From Verrucomicrobiia bacterium (GTDB taxonomy: Bacteria > Verrucomicrobiota > Verrucomicrobiia > Limisphaerales > UBA1319), in assembly GCA_963664225.1 (NCBI GenBank), contig OY760937.1, positions 832,001 through 896,000 of the forward strand: a stretch of DNA of 64,000 bases. The letters are read 5' to 3'. The notes under the pieces were generated by a model, which had not been told where the DNA came from, searched no databases, and saw nothing but the letters and a program-made list of their open reading frames with translations. Of this stretch, positions 28,720 to 39,353 are shown in pieces. Position numbers and translations under genes: made by a program. Position 1 is the stretch's first letter. Every line of letters starts with the position of its first letter.

Positions 28720-29613
28720 ATGAAATCCAATCGCAGGCAATTCCTGAAAGCCGCTGTCGCGGGACTTGGTGCTGTTCCATTCATCAACGGGACCAGTTTC
28801 GCCGCGGAACCACCATCAAATCCAAGCTTCGTTCTCAAAAAGCCGCAGATGCATTTGGGGATGGTGACCTATGAGATTGGAAAAGATTGGGATGTGCCCA
28901 CCATCATAAAGAATTGCACGGCGGCGAAGTTCGAGGGGGTGGAATTGCGAACAACTCATAAACACGGTGTGGAAGTGAGTTTGAGCAAGGAACAGCGGGC
29001 CGGGGTGCGCAAGCAGTTCGCCGATTCGGGGGTGGAATTGATGGGATTGGGCAGCGCGTTCGATTATCACACACCGGACCAGGCTCAGTTGCGCAAGGAT
29101 ATCGAAGCCACCAAGGCCTACATTTTGCTGGCCCACGACGTCGGCGCGCCCGGAGTCAAGGTGCGTCCCAATGCCTTTCCGAAAGAAGTTTCCAAGGAAA
29201 AAACCATCGAGCAGATTGGTCATTCCCTGCGCGAGCTGGGGGAATTCGGGGCGCAATATGGGATACAAATCCGCCTGGAAGTTCACGGATCAGAAACGAA
29301 TTATGTGCCCAACGCAAAGAAGATACTCGACGCAGCGGATCATAAGAACGTGGGCGCCTGCTGGAACTCCAATGACAGTGACCTGGCGGGCGAGGGATTC
29401 GATTTCAATTTCAACCTACTCAAAGACAGGATTTTCTCCGTCCACATGCGCGATTTGTACTTGGAGAATTACCCGTTTCGCAAATTGCTGACGCGACTCA
29501 ACGAGATCGGGTTCAAAGGATATTGCCTTGCGGAAATATCTTCGAGCGAAGATCCCGTACGCGTGATGAAATATTATCGCGCCCTGTGGCTGTCCTACCA
29601 GGGCGCGCTGTAA
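28720..29613 (+). CDS. Tat-exported sugar phosphate isomerase/epimerase (AP2-like TIM barrel)
   Basis: NRRQFLK Tat motif; GVELR, LEVHG, VHMRD. Confidence 0.85.
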   Translation: MKSNRRQFLKAAVAGLGAVPFINGTSFAAEPPSNPSFVLKKPQMHLGMVTYEIGKDWDVPTIIKNCTAAKFEGVELRTTHKHGVEVSLSKEQRAGVRKQFADSGVELMGLGSAFDYHTPDQAQLRKDIEATKAYILLAHDVGAPGVKVRPNAFPKEVSKEKTIEQIGHSLRELGEFGAQYGIQIRLEVHGSETNYVPNAKKILDAADHKNVGACWNSNDSDLAGEGFDFNFNLLKDRIFSVHMRDLYLENYPFRKLLTRLNEIGFKGYCLAEISSSEDPVRVMKYYRALWLSYQGAL

Positions 29614-29640
29614 GCAATTTAGATCGAATCGAAACCGGTC

Positions 29641-32142
29641 TCAGCGTTCGCTGAATAGAATCCAGGCGGATCCCGGTCTGTCCTGGATGTTGACCAGAAC
29701 GCCATGGTCCATGAGTTCCCTGCCGGACAACTCGTCCGTGTGGTCTGAGTCCAGGTTGCGGACCTTGTAGGTCTTATTCGCGTCCAACCCGACGAGCTTG
29801 AACCGGGCGGATTCATAAACGCAATCCTGACGGCGATAGGCCTGGATGATTCCGCGGCCCAATTCCGGACGGCTGAATTGCCAGGCAATCCACGAATCGG
29901 TGGTGATGCTGTAGGGCGTCAGAGGATTGTAGTCGCCGTAAAACTCCGGCGAGGCCTCGCGCCACTGCGCAAACAAACGCCGGAGCAGGTTGTAATCGAG
30001 TGTTTTATCGCGCAAATCCCAGCAGCCAATGATGGCGGAACACATGCAACTGCGAATGGTGTAGGTGTCCAGGGCCCTGGTTCCCGTGCCAAAAAACGGG
30101 AGCCAAAAGGCGAATCCATAAGTGTGACCCTGCTGGCCGACAGGTTCGAAAATGTAGTCGCTTCGCAGTAATGGCACGGCGCGGCGCATGGTTTCCAGAT
30201 CGTTGCGGTGACCGCCCGAAGCGCAGGAATCGATCAGCAGGCCCGGATTGCGTCGTATTAATTCATCCCAGTAATTGAGATAGCCGGTGACATACTTGAT
30301 TTCCGTAATGCCCTGTCGATCTTCCGTGTCGGTATTTCGCCAGAAGGCGATGGGGCCGATGTTATAATCCTGGCGATAAAGATCGATGCCCTGGGATTTG
30401 ATGAGCGAGTCCATGTGATCCACGAGCCATGTGTAGGCTTTGGGATTGCCCAAATCGAGCAGATGGTCCTGTTCCTGGGGTTGGTTGGGGGAGGACTTTA
30501 ACAGCCACTCCGGGTGATTGGTGGAGATCCATGTGTTTGGCGCGACGCGTTCCGGCTCAAACCAGACGATGGTTTTGACCTGTTTTCCATGAGCATGGTC
30601 GCTGACGGCCCGCAAGCCGCGCGGAAACCGTTTGTCGTCCACTTCCCAAGTGCCGGTCTTTGGCCAACTCCCATCGCATTTGTACCAACCCGCATCCATC
30701 CACCAATAATCAGGCTTCAAGCCTTCTTCGATATAACGATCAATAAACAGTTTTTGACTGGCTTCGTCCGCCTGTGTCATTTCCGAATATTGATGCGAAC
30801 TGCAAGGGGAGAAAAATGCCGTCGGCAGATTACCGCCAGGGCGGGGGACGTTATGCGTAATCATCCAGCGTCGCCAGATGTTCTGGGCGCGAATCCAATC
30901 CCCGGTGTAAAACTGAACCACCATCAAGGGGGTGCGAACCGCCTCCTGTGGGTGCAGCTTGAAATGCGTCAGGTCCTGCCCCGCGCTGATGTTCAATCCC
31001 AGCGCCTGATCGCGGGCGAAATCCGCAGACCATTGACCCGGCCAGCCGACCGCCATGATGACGCCTCCCCGGCCCGTGTTCAGGTTGAAATAAGGAAACG
31101 TGGTGCTGCAAGGCCTGCCGTCGGTTGACCCAAGGTGGAGATTTGAGGAAGGTTTAAGGACCGTTTCCAGAGGCTCAAGATCGCTGGCTGTAACCAACGT
31201 GCCCCTGAAATGATGGAGCAGGTATTCCCCGGAGCGGCTTCGTTGGTATTGAATATCCAAGGGGCGAAGATTTTCGATGATGGGGGTATCGGTTGAGCCG
31301 CTATTCGTCAAATGCAGAGTCCATTCCACGGTCGGAAAATTCAGATATTCCACACCGACGCACCGAATGATCAACCCGGTGGCAGAATCGGAATAGGAAA
31401 CGGTGTGCTCCGTGCGGGCATTATCCAAGGACCTGGAAGCTCTCGTGATCTGCCATTTAGCGATAAAGTCCGTCGAGGGTTTGCCGTCATATTTAAAGGA
31501 AAACGGCGGGGCATCGGAAAATCCCTGCTCCGTCTCATCTGCAAAGGGTAAATCGCCGAGCCAGACTTCACTGCCATCCGCCAGGGTCACGCGCGCGTCA
31601 GCCCAGTCTGATTGATCGCAGGAAATGCCGTCGCCTCCATCGCCGATCTCAAGGACAAATTCGGAAGCGTCTGCCAGCGGGATTTCAACGGCTTGCGCAG
31701 GCATCCCCTCGCGAAGCACCTCGGATTTATAAACGGATTTTCCGCCAACGCTCACTGAAAAATTCACGCTTCCCCTGGCGCCAGAGGTGTTTGAATTGGA
31801 GTCCACGCCAACCAGGGCTTGAAACTTTTTAGCCGGGCCGGCGAGTCGAACGACGATTTTACTGACTGCGTGGCAGTAAAGACCACGGTTGAAGGACTGT
31901 CCCGCAATGACCATGGGCTTTCCATTGCGCGCATTGCGTTGCACTGGATCGTTGTTCTCCACAACCAAAAGCTCGGCGCGTCGATTTTCCTTTGCGACCG
32001 TGCCTTCAAATTTGGCCTGCGACCAATGCCGTGCCTGAGCCATTTCTTCCTGGGAGGCATGGATGGATTGCCCTGAAGCGATTCCAATCGCGCCGAGTGG
32101 CAGAAATAATAAACCCGCAAAAAACCCGAGAGGAAATTTCAT
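29641..32142 (-). CDS. GH36-type alpha-galactosidase with NPCBM domain
   Basis: NPCBM (GLYCHA, DQSDWADA); WMDAGW, W.EPERV, QDYN, DSCASGG.R motifs. Confidence 0.88.
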   Translation of the reverse strand: MKFPLGFFAGLLFLPLGAIGIASGQSIHASQEEMAQARHWSQAKFEGTVAKENRRAELLVVENNDPVQRNARNGKPMVIAGQSFNRGLYCHAVSKIVVRLAGPAKKFQALVGVDSNSNTSGARGSVNFSVSVGGKSVYKSEVLREGMPAQAVEIPLADASEFVLEIGDGGDGISCDQSDWADARVTLADGSEVWLGDLPFADETEQGFSDAPPFSFKYDGKPSTDFIAKWQITRASRSLDNARTEHTVSYSDSATGLIIRCVGVEYLNFPTVEWTLHLTNSGSTDTPIIENLRPLDIQYQRSRSGEYLLHHFRGTLVTASDLEPLETVLKPSSNLHLGSTDGRPCSTTFPYFNLNTGRGGVIMAVGWPGQWSADFARDQALGLNISAGQDLTHFKLHPQEAVRTPLMVVQFYTGDWIRAQNIWRRWMITHNVPRPGGNLPTAFFSPCSSHQYSEMTQADEASQKLFIDRYIEEGLKPDYWWMDAGWYKCDGSWPKTGTWEVDDKRFPRGLRAVSDHAHGKQVKTIVWFEPERVAPNTWISTNHPEWLLKSSPNQPQEQDHLLDLGNPKAYTWLVDHMDSLIKSQGIDLYRQDYNIGPIAFWRNTDTEDRQGITEIKYVTGYLNYWDELIRRNPGLLIDSCASGGHRNDLETMRRAVPLLRSDYIFEPVGQQGHTYGFAFWLPFFGTGTRALDTYTIRSCMCSAIIGCWDLRDKTLDYNLLRRLFAQWREASPEFYGDYNPLTPYSITTDSWIAWQFSRPELGRGIIQAYRRQDCVYESARFKLVGLDANKTYKVRNLDSDHTDELSGRELMDHGVLVNIQDRPGSAWILFSER

Positions 32143-32397
32143 GTGATAAAGTGTTATGCCCTGAATAAATAACACGAACGAACCCATGTGGCTATAGGAA
32201 ACTGAATATTTAAGGCATGTCAATTTGTCTGGTTAACCTGTTTTATTGTGGCGACACGGCGGTGGATACCGCAGTTGCCTCTGGGGGATGCCGTTTAACG
32301 GCCGTCAAAGCGAATCAGAATTGTCAGGAGTGCGATGCGAACAGGGAAATACAATACACGCAAAAGGAAAAAACGAGGAAATCCGCCACTTAAAAAG

Positions 32398-32473
32398 TGG
32401 TGGAGCCGAGGGGATTCGAACCCCTGACCCCCACAATGCCATTGTGGTGCTCTACCAACTGAGCTACGACCCC
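32398..32473 (-). tRNA. tRNA-Ala (GGC)
   Basis: GGGGTCGTAGCTCAGTTGGTAGAGC...anticodon loop ATGGCAT...GGTTCGAATCC...CCA, 76 nt. Confidence 0.95.
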
Positions 32474-32588
32474 GACCAAGCGGAACACAATCTAAAGAGA
32501 TCGGCGGGGATGTCAAAACTTTTTGGACCCGATGTTTTGGATTTTTTTGTGTATCGCGGTCGCCCGCCGGAGTTAAGATCGGTCAATA

Positions 32589-33005
32589 ATGGAAGACGGG
32601 CAGATGGATTTGGAGATTGTGACTCCGCAGGGCTCTTTATTGCAGGGCGCGGTGGATATGGTGGAGTTTCCCAGTCAGGCGGGGGATATGGGAATTTATC
32701 CCGGGCATGTGCCATTGCTGGTGGATTTGGCGGCAGGCACGCTGCGAGTCCACAAGGGCGGGCAGGAGGAGCTTTTTGCGGTGGCCGGCGGCTATGTGCA
32801 GATCTACGGCGGATTGGTGCGTGTGGTTGCGACGTTTGCCATCACCGATGAAGAGGCGGCGGCGGTGGACGAAGCGTGTCAGCGGGCAAAAAACGCATTG
32901 GAAACGACCCAGGCAGAACCACCCGCAAAAATTGCCGAGGAGTTGGAAATGCTGAAGACCGAATTGCTATTCCTGAGAGAGCATAAAGCGCGACGCAACA
33001 AGTGA
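32589..33005 (+). CDS. atpC: ATP synthase F1 epsilon subunit (orphan)
   Basis: LEIVTP, G.MGI.PGH.PL, AV.GG motifs and C-terminal helices. Confidence 0.85.
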   Translation: MEDGQMDLEIVTPQGSLLQGAVDMVEFPSQAGDMGIYPGHVPLLVDLAAGTLRVHKGGQEELFAVAGGYVQIYGGLVRVVATFAITDEEAAAVDEACQRAKNALETTQAEPPAKIAEELEMLKTELLFLREHKARRNK

Positions 33006-33015
33006 TCCGGCCTTT

Positions 33016-34587
33016 TTATGAAGCTGTGGAGTTCGAATTCCCGTTTATGCCGGGCAGTGTGAGCAACTCCGCAGATTGAATAGTGCGTGCGGTTTTCTCG
33101 ATGACCTCAACTGGTTCGATATCTTTTTCCGAACCCGCGCCGAGTTCCTTAAACTTGCGGGCGGTGATCAACACCCGACTTTCCAGCGAGCCAGCGGCTC
33201 TATTGTAGGCCTCCACGGCGCCATCAAGTTTGCTGCCAACAGAGGCAAAATGCTCCGCGAGAACCCGCATTCTGTCATATAACTCGCGTCCAAGGTCGCT
33301 GATCGCCTGAGCGTTCTCGGCGATGTGTTCCTGCCGCCAGCCATAGGATACAGCCCGCAAGAGGGCGATCAGGGTGGTGGGCGTGGCCAGAATGACTTTT
33401 TGTTCAACCCCGGATTCGATGAGGCCGGGGTCTTGCTCGAGGGCGGCGCTGAAGAAAGTCTCGCCTGGAAGGAACAGGACGACAAATTCGGGCGCTGGTT
33501 TGAATTGGTCCCAATATCCTTTTGCGCTCAGCTTGGCGATGTGATCCGCGACTTGCCTGGCGTGCCGCTTAAGCTGAGCGAGGCGGCTTGGCTCGTCGGG
33601 AGCTGATAGAGCTTCCAGGTAAGCCTGCAAAGGGCATTTGGCATCCACCACGACATTTTTGCCGCCGGGAAGCTTCACGATGAGGTCTGGGCGCAAGCGG
33701 CCGTCCTCAGTGGTCACGGATTCCTGTTGAAGAAAATCGCAATGATCGATCATTCCGGCCATCTCGACGACCCGCTTGAGCTGGATTTCACCCCAGCGAC
33801 CACGAACTTGTGGCGCCCGGAGCGCCTTGACAAGATTGGCCGTCTCGGTTTGAAGCTGCACCTGCGTTGTCGCCAGGGACTTGACCTGCTCGGTAAGGGA
33901 TGAATATGCGGATGTGCGCTCCTTTTCAAGGGTTGCGATCTTGCCGTCCACTTTTTCGAGGGAATCCTTCAGCGGCCTGACCAATTCATCAATCGCTTTC
34001 TGGCGGGCTGTCAGGTCGGTCTGGGCCCCTTCCTGAAATTTTTCAAGGGCGGTTTTGGCCAGTTCCAGAAACGACTGATTGTTGCTCTTCAACGCGTCGG
34101 ACGAGAGCGCTTTGAAGGCATCGCCGAGCTTTTGTTGGGCGTTGTTGAGCAGCGTGAGTTTTTCCTCGGCCGCTTTGCGCTCCTCTTGAATCGTCGCGGT
34201 GAGAGTGGCTTGCGCCTCCTTGAGTTGAGTGAGTTCGGCGTTTAGGTTTGCGAGCTGCGTCTCCTTGTCAATTAATTCAGCTTCAAGGGTCGGAATGCGG
34301 GTGTTTTTTTCTTCGGCGGCAGCCAGCCTGGATGATGCTGAAATGAGGTCAGACTGCAGCCGGGTATTTTCTCCATTGGACTTTTCCAGAGTGGCGTTGA
34401 GACCTTGAATTTGAGAATCCCTGGCCTGGAGCGTGGCGTTTAAGCCCGCCCGCTCGGCATCAGCCCCCGCCTTTGCGCTGTCAGCGGATGCTTGAATCCT
34501 CCCTTTGAGTATGAGCCAGCCCAGCGCTGCCCCAAGGACAAGGCCGATAATAAGGCCCAAGACGAGGAGGAGTGTGGGATTGTTCAT
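33016..34587 (-). CDS. rmuC: DNA recombination protein RmuC
   Basis: TM + coiled coil; [37 protein letters not shown]. Confidence 0.93.
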   Translation of the reverse strand: MNNPTLLLVLGLIIGLVLGAALGWLILKGRIQASADSAKAGADAERAGLNATLQARDSQIQGLNATLEKSNGENTRLQSDLISASSRLAAAEEKNTRIPTLEAELIDKETQLANLNAELTQLKEAQATLTATIQEERKAAEEKLTLLNNAQQKLGDAFKALSSDALKSNNQSFLELAKTALEKFQEGAQTDLTARQKAIDELVRPLKDSLEKVDGKIATLEKERTSAYSSLTEQVKSLATTQVQLQTETANLVKALRAPQVRGRWGEIQLKRVVEMAGMIDHCDFLQQESVTTEDGRLRPDLIVKLPGGKNVVVDAKCPLQAYLEALSAPDEPSRLAQLKRHARQVADHIAKLSAKGYWDQFKPAPEFVVLFLPGETFFSAALEQDPGLIESGVEQKVILATPTTLIALLRAVSYGWRQEHIAENAQAISDLGRELYDRMRVLAEHFASVGSKLDGAVEAYNRAAGSLESRVLITARKFKELGAGSEKDIEPVEVIEKTARTIQSAELLTLPGINGNSNSTAS

Positions 34588-34722
34588 AATGGATGGAAAG
34601 GGTGGCTCTTTGGAGCGGACCCGTCAATACCATCGTCGCAAATCGCTAGGGGAATTGAATCGGGATCGGTCGCAGGACAAAAAACTTCTGGAGCAAATAC
34701 GGTGTTTCAAAGCCCAAATTGA

Positions 34723-34771
34723 GCCCCTCTCTCCAACTCTCTCCCCACTCGTGCCTCGCGGGGCGAGAGAG
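34723..34771 (+). repeat. Palindromic intergenic repeat, copy of 28507-28555
   Basis: Direct sequence similarity. Confidence 0.75.
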
Positions 34772-34890
34772 TGGAATGGCGCGTTCGGTGCATTTAGTTG
34801 GGTAGCGCAGGCCTCCACATAGGCTTTCATGGCATTCCAAAGAGTACTTCTGCGAATGGAAGGTTCTTGTCCTGTGCCCATCGGGATCGG

Positions 34891-35286
34891 TTAATTACCG
34901 TAAACGGCGACCACTTCAATTTCCACGCTGGCACCTTTTGGCAGGGCGGCGACCTGGACCGTGGACCGGGCGGGGGCGTCTTTTGTGAAAAAACGGCCAT
35001 AGACCTCATTCAAGACGGCAAAATCGGCCAGGTTGGTGAGGAAAACAGTGGTTTTGACGACATTCGCCAGGGAAAGGTGTTCGTGTTCGAGGATGTTCTG
35101 AATGTTGCGCATGACCTGTTCCGTTTGGGCGGCGATGCTCATCTCGCTTATGACCTGGGCTGGATTGGAAGGATCCAGAGGGATTTGGCCCGAGCAGAAC
35201 AAGAAATTTCCGGCGCGAACGGCATGGCTGTATGGGCCAACGGGTGCGGGCGCGTTTTGGGGCTGTATGATTTTTTTAGAGTTCAT
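34891..35286 (-). CDS. ridA: RidA/YjgF family deaminase
   Basis: AP.PVGPYSHA, SGQIP, PARS.VQV..LP, VEIE. Confidence 0.93.
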   Translation of the reverse strand: MNSKKIIQPQNAPAPVGPYSHAVRAGNFLFCSGQIPLDPSNPAQVISEMSIAAQTEQVMRNIQNILEHEHLSLANVVKTTVFLTNLADFAVLNEVYGRFFTKDAPARSTVQVAALPKGASVEIEVVAVYGN

Positions 35287-35300
35287 GGGATGTGATGCGG

Positions 35301-35501
35301 TTATTTCTTTTCGTCAAGCCAGGTCATTTGAATGCGTTCGAGGATGCGCTCGTTGGAAGAATCCGGATCATCCGCAAAATCGGGCAATTCGACGATCATC
35401 TGGCGGAGTTTTGGGAAGCTCAGGCGCAAGGGATCCTGGTCCGGGTATTGATCCAACAACGCCCAGGCGATTTCCTCAGGACTATTCCAATTCAAATTCA
35501 T
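35301..35501 (-). CDS. iscX: Fe-S assembly protein IscX (YfhJ)
   Basis: W...EIA..L...PD.DP..L.F..L...I..LP.F.DDP..SNE.ILE.IQ..W. Confidence 0.9.
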   Translation of the reverse strand: MNLNWNSPEEIAWALLDQYPDQDPLRLSFPKLRQMIVELPDFADDPDSSNERILERIQMTWLDEKK

Positions 35502-35723
35502 ACAAAAATATCCGGCGGGAGGGTTTAAACTGCGCGCCGCGCGCGGTCAAGCAGGCGTTGCATGGCTGACGATATTTCAAAAATGCATGAAGAACGCGAA
35601 AAATCAAAAGGTGTTGCAGTGGGGGGTGCGATTTGCCACAGTTTTTGCATCGGCAGAATGATGTGCGGCAGAGGGATCCGCAGTGGGAATGCGGATTTGA
35701 AAGTGCAAGGCATAAAATAGATC

Positions 35724-36497
35724 ATGAAAGTTGTCATCTTATGTGGTGGATTGGGCACGCGGTTGCGTGAGGAGACCGAGTATCGTCCCAAGCCGATGGT
35801 GCCCGTTGGAGGGCGCCCGATATTGTGGCATATCATGAAGACGTATGCGCATTACGGGCATAAGGAGTTCATTTTGTGCCTCGGCTACAAAGGGGAGATC
35901 ATCAAAGATTATTTTCGGAATTATCAGTGGAACACGAGCGATGTGACGCTGCGTCTGGGGCGGGTGCCGCAAATCAAGTATCACACCCAGCATGACGAGG
36001 AGGACTGGACGGTGACGCTGCTGGATACCGGACAGGAAACCCAGACGGGCGGACGCCTGCAGCGGGCGCTGAAATTCATCGATGGAGACGATTTTTTGTT
36101 CACTTATGGCGATGGACTCATCAACAGCGACATCAATAAAAGCATCGAATTTCACAAGGCTCATGGGGCGCTGACGACTGTGACTGCGGTGAAGCCGAGC
36201 GGGCGTTTCGGGGAACTGGCGCTGGACGATCAGACCATTACGGGATTCTGTGAGAAGCCGGCGCAGGAGAACTATTTCATCAATGGCGGATATTTCGTGA
36301 TGAACCGGCAGGTGGAAAAATATCTGGATGGGGATGCCTGTGTGCTGGAACAGAAGCCCATGGAGCAAATGGCGCGAGAACGGCAGTTGAAAGCCTATTT
36401 CCATACGGGATTCTGGCAATGCATGGACACGTTTCGCGAGCAGGAGCTGCTTAATAAAATCTGGAAAGGCGGCCAGGCGCCGTGGAAAGTGTGGTAG
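35724..36497 (+). CDS. rfbF: Glucose-1-phosphate cytidylyltransferase
   Basis: CGGLGTRLREETE..PKPM, TGGRL, TYGDG, GFWQCMDT. Confidence 0.93.
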   Translation: MKVVILCGGLGTRLREETEYRPKPMVPVGGRPILWHIMKTYAHYGHKEFILCLGYKGEIIKDYFRNYQWNTSDVTLRLGRVPQIKYHTQHDEEDWTVTLLDTGQETQTGGRLQRALKFIDGDDFLFTYGDGLINSDINKSIEFHKAHGALTTVTAVKPSGRFGELALDDQTITGFCEKPAQENYFINGGYFVMNRQVEKYLDGDACVLEQKPMEQMARERQLKAYFHTGFWQCMDTFREQELLNKIWKGGQAPWKVW

Positions 36498-36499
36498 GG

Positions 36500-37597
36500 A
36501 TGTTTGGCGGATTTTACACAGGCAAACGGGTATTGGTCACAGGGCACACCGGATTCAAGGGAGGGTGGCTGTCCTTGTGGCTGCACAGCCTGGGGGCGGA
36601 AGTCAGTGGCTATAGCCTGCCGGCGCCCACGAATCCAAATTTCCATGAAGTGATTCAGGAGGGGGTGTTTTCAAGGGAGTTTGTCGGGGACGTGCGCGAT
36701 TTGAACAGTTTGCGCGGCGCCATCGAGCAGGTCCGGCCGGAAGTCATTTTCCATCTTGCCGCGCAGGCATTGGTGCGCCTTTCCTATCGGGAGCCGCTGG
36801 AGACGCTTTCGAGCAATGTCATGGGCACGGCCAATCTGCTGGAGGCCGTGCGTCAAACGGAGTGTGGAGCGGCGGTGGTCCTGGTGACCAGTGACAAATG
36901 CTATGAAAACCGCCAGTGGGTGCATGGTTATCGGGAAAACGATGCGATGGGCGGCCATGATGTGTATTCCATGAGCAAGGGTGCGGCGGAATTGGTGGCG
37001 CAGAGCTGGCGCCGCAGTTTTTTTGCTCCGAATGCGAAGCTAGGCAATGTGGCGACGGCGCGCGCCGGCAATGTGATTGGAGGCGGGGATTATGCTCCTG
37101 ACCGCCTGGTGCCGGATTGCATCCGGGCCTTGCTGGAGCATCAGTCGATCGCCATTCGCAATCCATCCGCCACAAGGCCTTGGCAGCATGTGTTGGATTG
37201 TTTGAGCGGTTATTTGTGGCTGGGAGCGCAATTGGCGCGCGCGGAAAAGAACTCGCCGATGGCGGATGCGTTCAATTTCGGTCCGGGCGTGCAGGCGGGG
37301 ATGCCCGTGATGGAATTGGTGGAGATTTTCCTAAAGCAATGGCCGGGGAAGTATCATCTGGCGGTGGATGCCAATGCGCCGCACGAGGCGCGTCAGTTGA
37401 ATCTGGCCATCGATAAGGCCGCGCATGAATTGGGCTGGCATCCGACCTGGAGTGTGGATATGGCGTTGAAAAGCACGGCTGAGTGGTATCGACGCCGGCA
37501 TCTGGATGGAGAGAAGGAGATGGCCCGCTTCACGCTTGCCCAGATCGGCCAATTTGCGGAGGATGCCCGTTCCAAAAATATATTGTGGACCAAATGA
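36500..37597 (+). CDS. rfbG: CDP-glucose 4,6-dehydratase
   Basis: TGHTGFKG.WL, HLAAQ, TSDKCY, RAGNVIGGGD, RPWQHV. Confidence 0.93.
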   Translation: MFGGFYTGKRVLVTGHTGFKGGWLSLWLHSLGAEVSGYSLPAPTNPNFHEVIQEGVFSREFVGDVRDLNSLRGAIEQVRPEVIFHLAAQALVRLSYREPLETLSSNVMGTANLLEAVRQTECGAAVVLVTSDKCYENRQWVHGYRENDAMGGHDVYSMSKGAAELVAQSWRRSFFAPNAKLGNVATARAGNVIGGGDYAPDRLVPDCIRALLEHQSIAIRNPSATRPWQHVLDCLSGYLWLGAQLARAEKNSPMADAFNFGPGVQAGMPVMELVEIFLKQWPGKYHLAVDANAPHEARQLNLAIDKAAHELGWHPTWSVDMALKSTAEWYRRRHLDGEKEMARFTLAQIGQFAEDARSKNILWTK

Positions 37598-38826
37598 GCG
37601 ATTATTTGCAATGCCGTGCGTGTGGTTCGAGCCATGGACGTCTTGTGTTGGATCTGGGAATCCAGCCTCTGGCGAATAATTTGCTGAAGCCGACCGATCT
37701 TTCGCAGCCGGAACCGAAATTTCCGTTGCGGCTTTTTGTGTGCGGGGAGTGCCGGTTGCTGCAAATCGCGGATGAGGTGGCGCCAGTGAAATTGTTTGGT
37801 GAGTATCTCTATTTTTCCTCGTTTTCAGATCTCATGCTGCGTCACGCCCGTGAGGCCGCCGAACGCTATATCAGTGACTTTGGGTTGGGGCCGAAGAACA
37901 GGGTGGTGGAAATTGCCAGCAATGACGGGTATTTGCTGAAGAATTTTGTGCAGGCGGGCATTCCATGCCTCGGGATCGAGCCGGCGGCGAACATTGCCCG
38001 CGAAGCGGTGAGCAGGGGGATTCCAACGCGGGTGGAATTTTTCGGGAGCGCGCTGGCGAAGACACTCGTGGCGGAGAATCAAGGCGCGGATCTGATCCTG
38101 GGAAACAACGTGTTTGCGCACGCTCCCGCGATCAATGATTTCGTGGAGGGGCTGAAAATACTGCTCAAACCAGGGGGGCGTGTGATTCTGGAGTTTCCGT
38201 ATGCCCTGGATTTGATTGAGAAGATCGAATTCGACACGATCTATCATGAGCATGTTTTTTACTTCACCCTAAGCGCGTTGCAGCCCGTTTTTGAACGACA
38301 CGGGCTGGTGATACATCATGTGGAAAAGCTGCCCATTCACGGCGGATCGCTGCGGTTGTTTGCGACGCACGCAGAAAATGGGGCGCCGGACGCGACGGTG
38401 GATGCCTTTCTGAGGGAGGAGAATCGCCGTGGAGTGAAGGCCGATGGGTATTATCAGGGATTCTCCGAGCGCGTGATGGGACTAAAGACGGATTTGAACC
38501 GTCTGCTGGGCCGCTTGAAAGCGGAGGGGAAGAGCGTGGCCGCGTACGGGGCGTCGGCCAAAGGCAGCACCTTGCTGAATTTTTTCGGACTGGGGACAGA
38601 TTATCTGGATTTCGTGGTGGACCGCAGTTCTTACAAGCAGGGACGGCTGACGCCCGGGACGCATATTCCGATCCTGCCGCCCGAGCAATTGCTGGCGAGG
38701 CAACCTGATTACACCCTGCTTCTGACCTGGAATTTTGCCGATGAAATTCTGGAGCAGCAGCAGGAGTATCGCCAGCGCGGCGGCCAATTCATCATTCCGA
38801 TTCCCGAGGTGAAAATCGTCGAATGA
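37594..38826 (+). CDS. NDP-sugar C-methyltransferase (Zn-binding, SAM-dependent)
   Basis: CRACG..CGEC Zn motif, EIASNDG, DTIYHEH, HGGSLR, YGASAKG. Confidence 0.9.
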   Translation: MSDYLQCRACGSSHGRLVLDLGIQPLANNLLKPTDLSQPEPKFPLRLFVCGECRLLQIADEVAPVKLFGEYLYFSSFSDLMLRHAREAAERYISDFGLGPKNRVVEIASNDGYLLKNFVQAGIPCLGIEPAANIAREAVSRGIPTRVEFFGSALAKTLVAENQGADLILGNNVFAHAPAINDFVEGLKILLKPGGRVILEFPYALDLIEKIEFDTIYHEHVFYFTLSALQPVFERHGLVIHHVEKLPIHGGSLRLFATHAENGAPDATVDAFLREENRRGVKADGYYQGFSERVMGLKTDLNRLLGRLKAEGKSVAAYGASAKGSTLLNFFGLGTDYLDFVVDRSSYKQGRLTPGTHIPILPPEQLLARQPDYTLLLTWNFADEILEQQQEYRQRGGQFIIPIPEVKIVE

Positions 38827-39350
38827 AATTTCTCCCCACAACGCTAGACGGGGTCTGGTTGATTGAGTTGGAACCGCGCCAGGATGAGCGCGGCTTCCTG
38901 GCTCGCACCTATTGTGAAAAGGAGTTTTCGAACCACGGATTAAACACGGCCTGGCCGCAGTGCAACTGGACGTTGACCCGGCACAAGGGGATGATTCGAG
39001 GGTTGCATTATCAGTTGCCGCCTCGCGCCGAGATTAAACTGATCCGCTGCATCTCCGGGAGCATTTTTGACGTGTTGGTGGATACCCGGAAGGATTCTCC
39101 GAGCCATGGTCGTTGGGAGGCGTTCGAATTGAGCGGGACGTCCTTTCGCCAGCTTTATGTGCCGGGCGGGCTGGCTCACGGTTTTCAGTGTCTGACCGAG
39201 GATTGCCAGGTGTTTTACCAGATGTCGGAATTCTTCGACGCCGATCTGGCGCGGGGGATTCGGTGGAATAGTCCGGCGCTCAAAATTGCCTGGCCCCTAT
39301 CCAATGCGGTGCTTTCGGATCGCGACCAAAACCTGCCCGTTTTCGAATAA
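38823..39350 (+). CDS. rfbC: NDP-4-keto-6-deoxyglucose 3,5-epimerase
   Basis: DERG, RGLHYQ, GLAHGFQ, S.RD cupin motifs. Confidence 0.9.
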   Translation: MKFLPTTLDGVWLIELEPRQDERGFLARTYCEKEFSNHGLNTAWPQCNWTLTRHKGMIRGLHYQLPPRAEIKLIRCISGSIFDVLVDTRKDSPSHGRWEAFELSGTSFRQLYVPGGLAHGFQCLTEDCQVFYQMSEFFDADLARGIRWNSPALKIAWPLSNAVLSDRDQNLPVFE

Positions 39351-39353
39351 TCC

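Noticed and set aside
32246..32851. 201-aa ORF
   Set aside because: Spans tRNA-Ala antisense and overlaps atpC out of frame.
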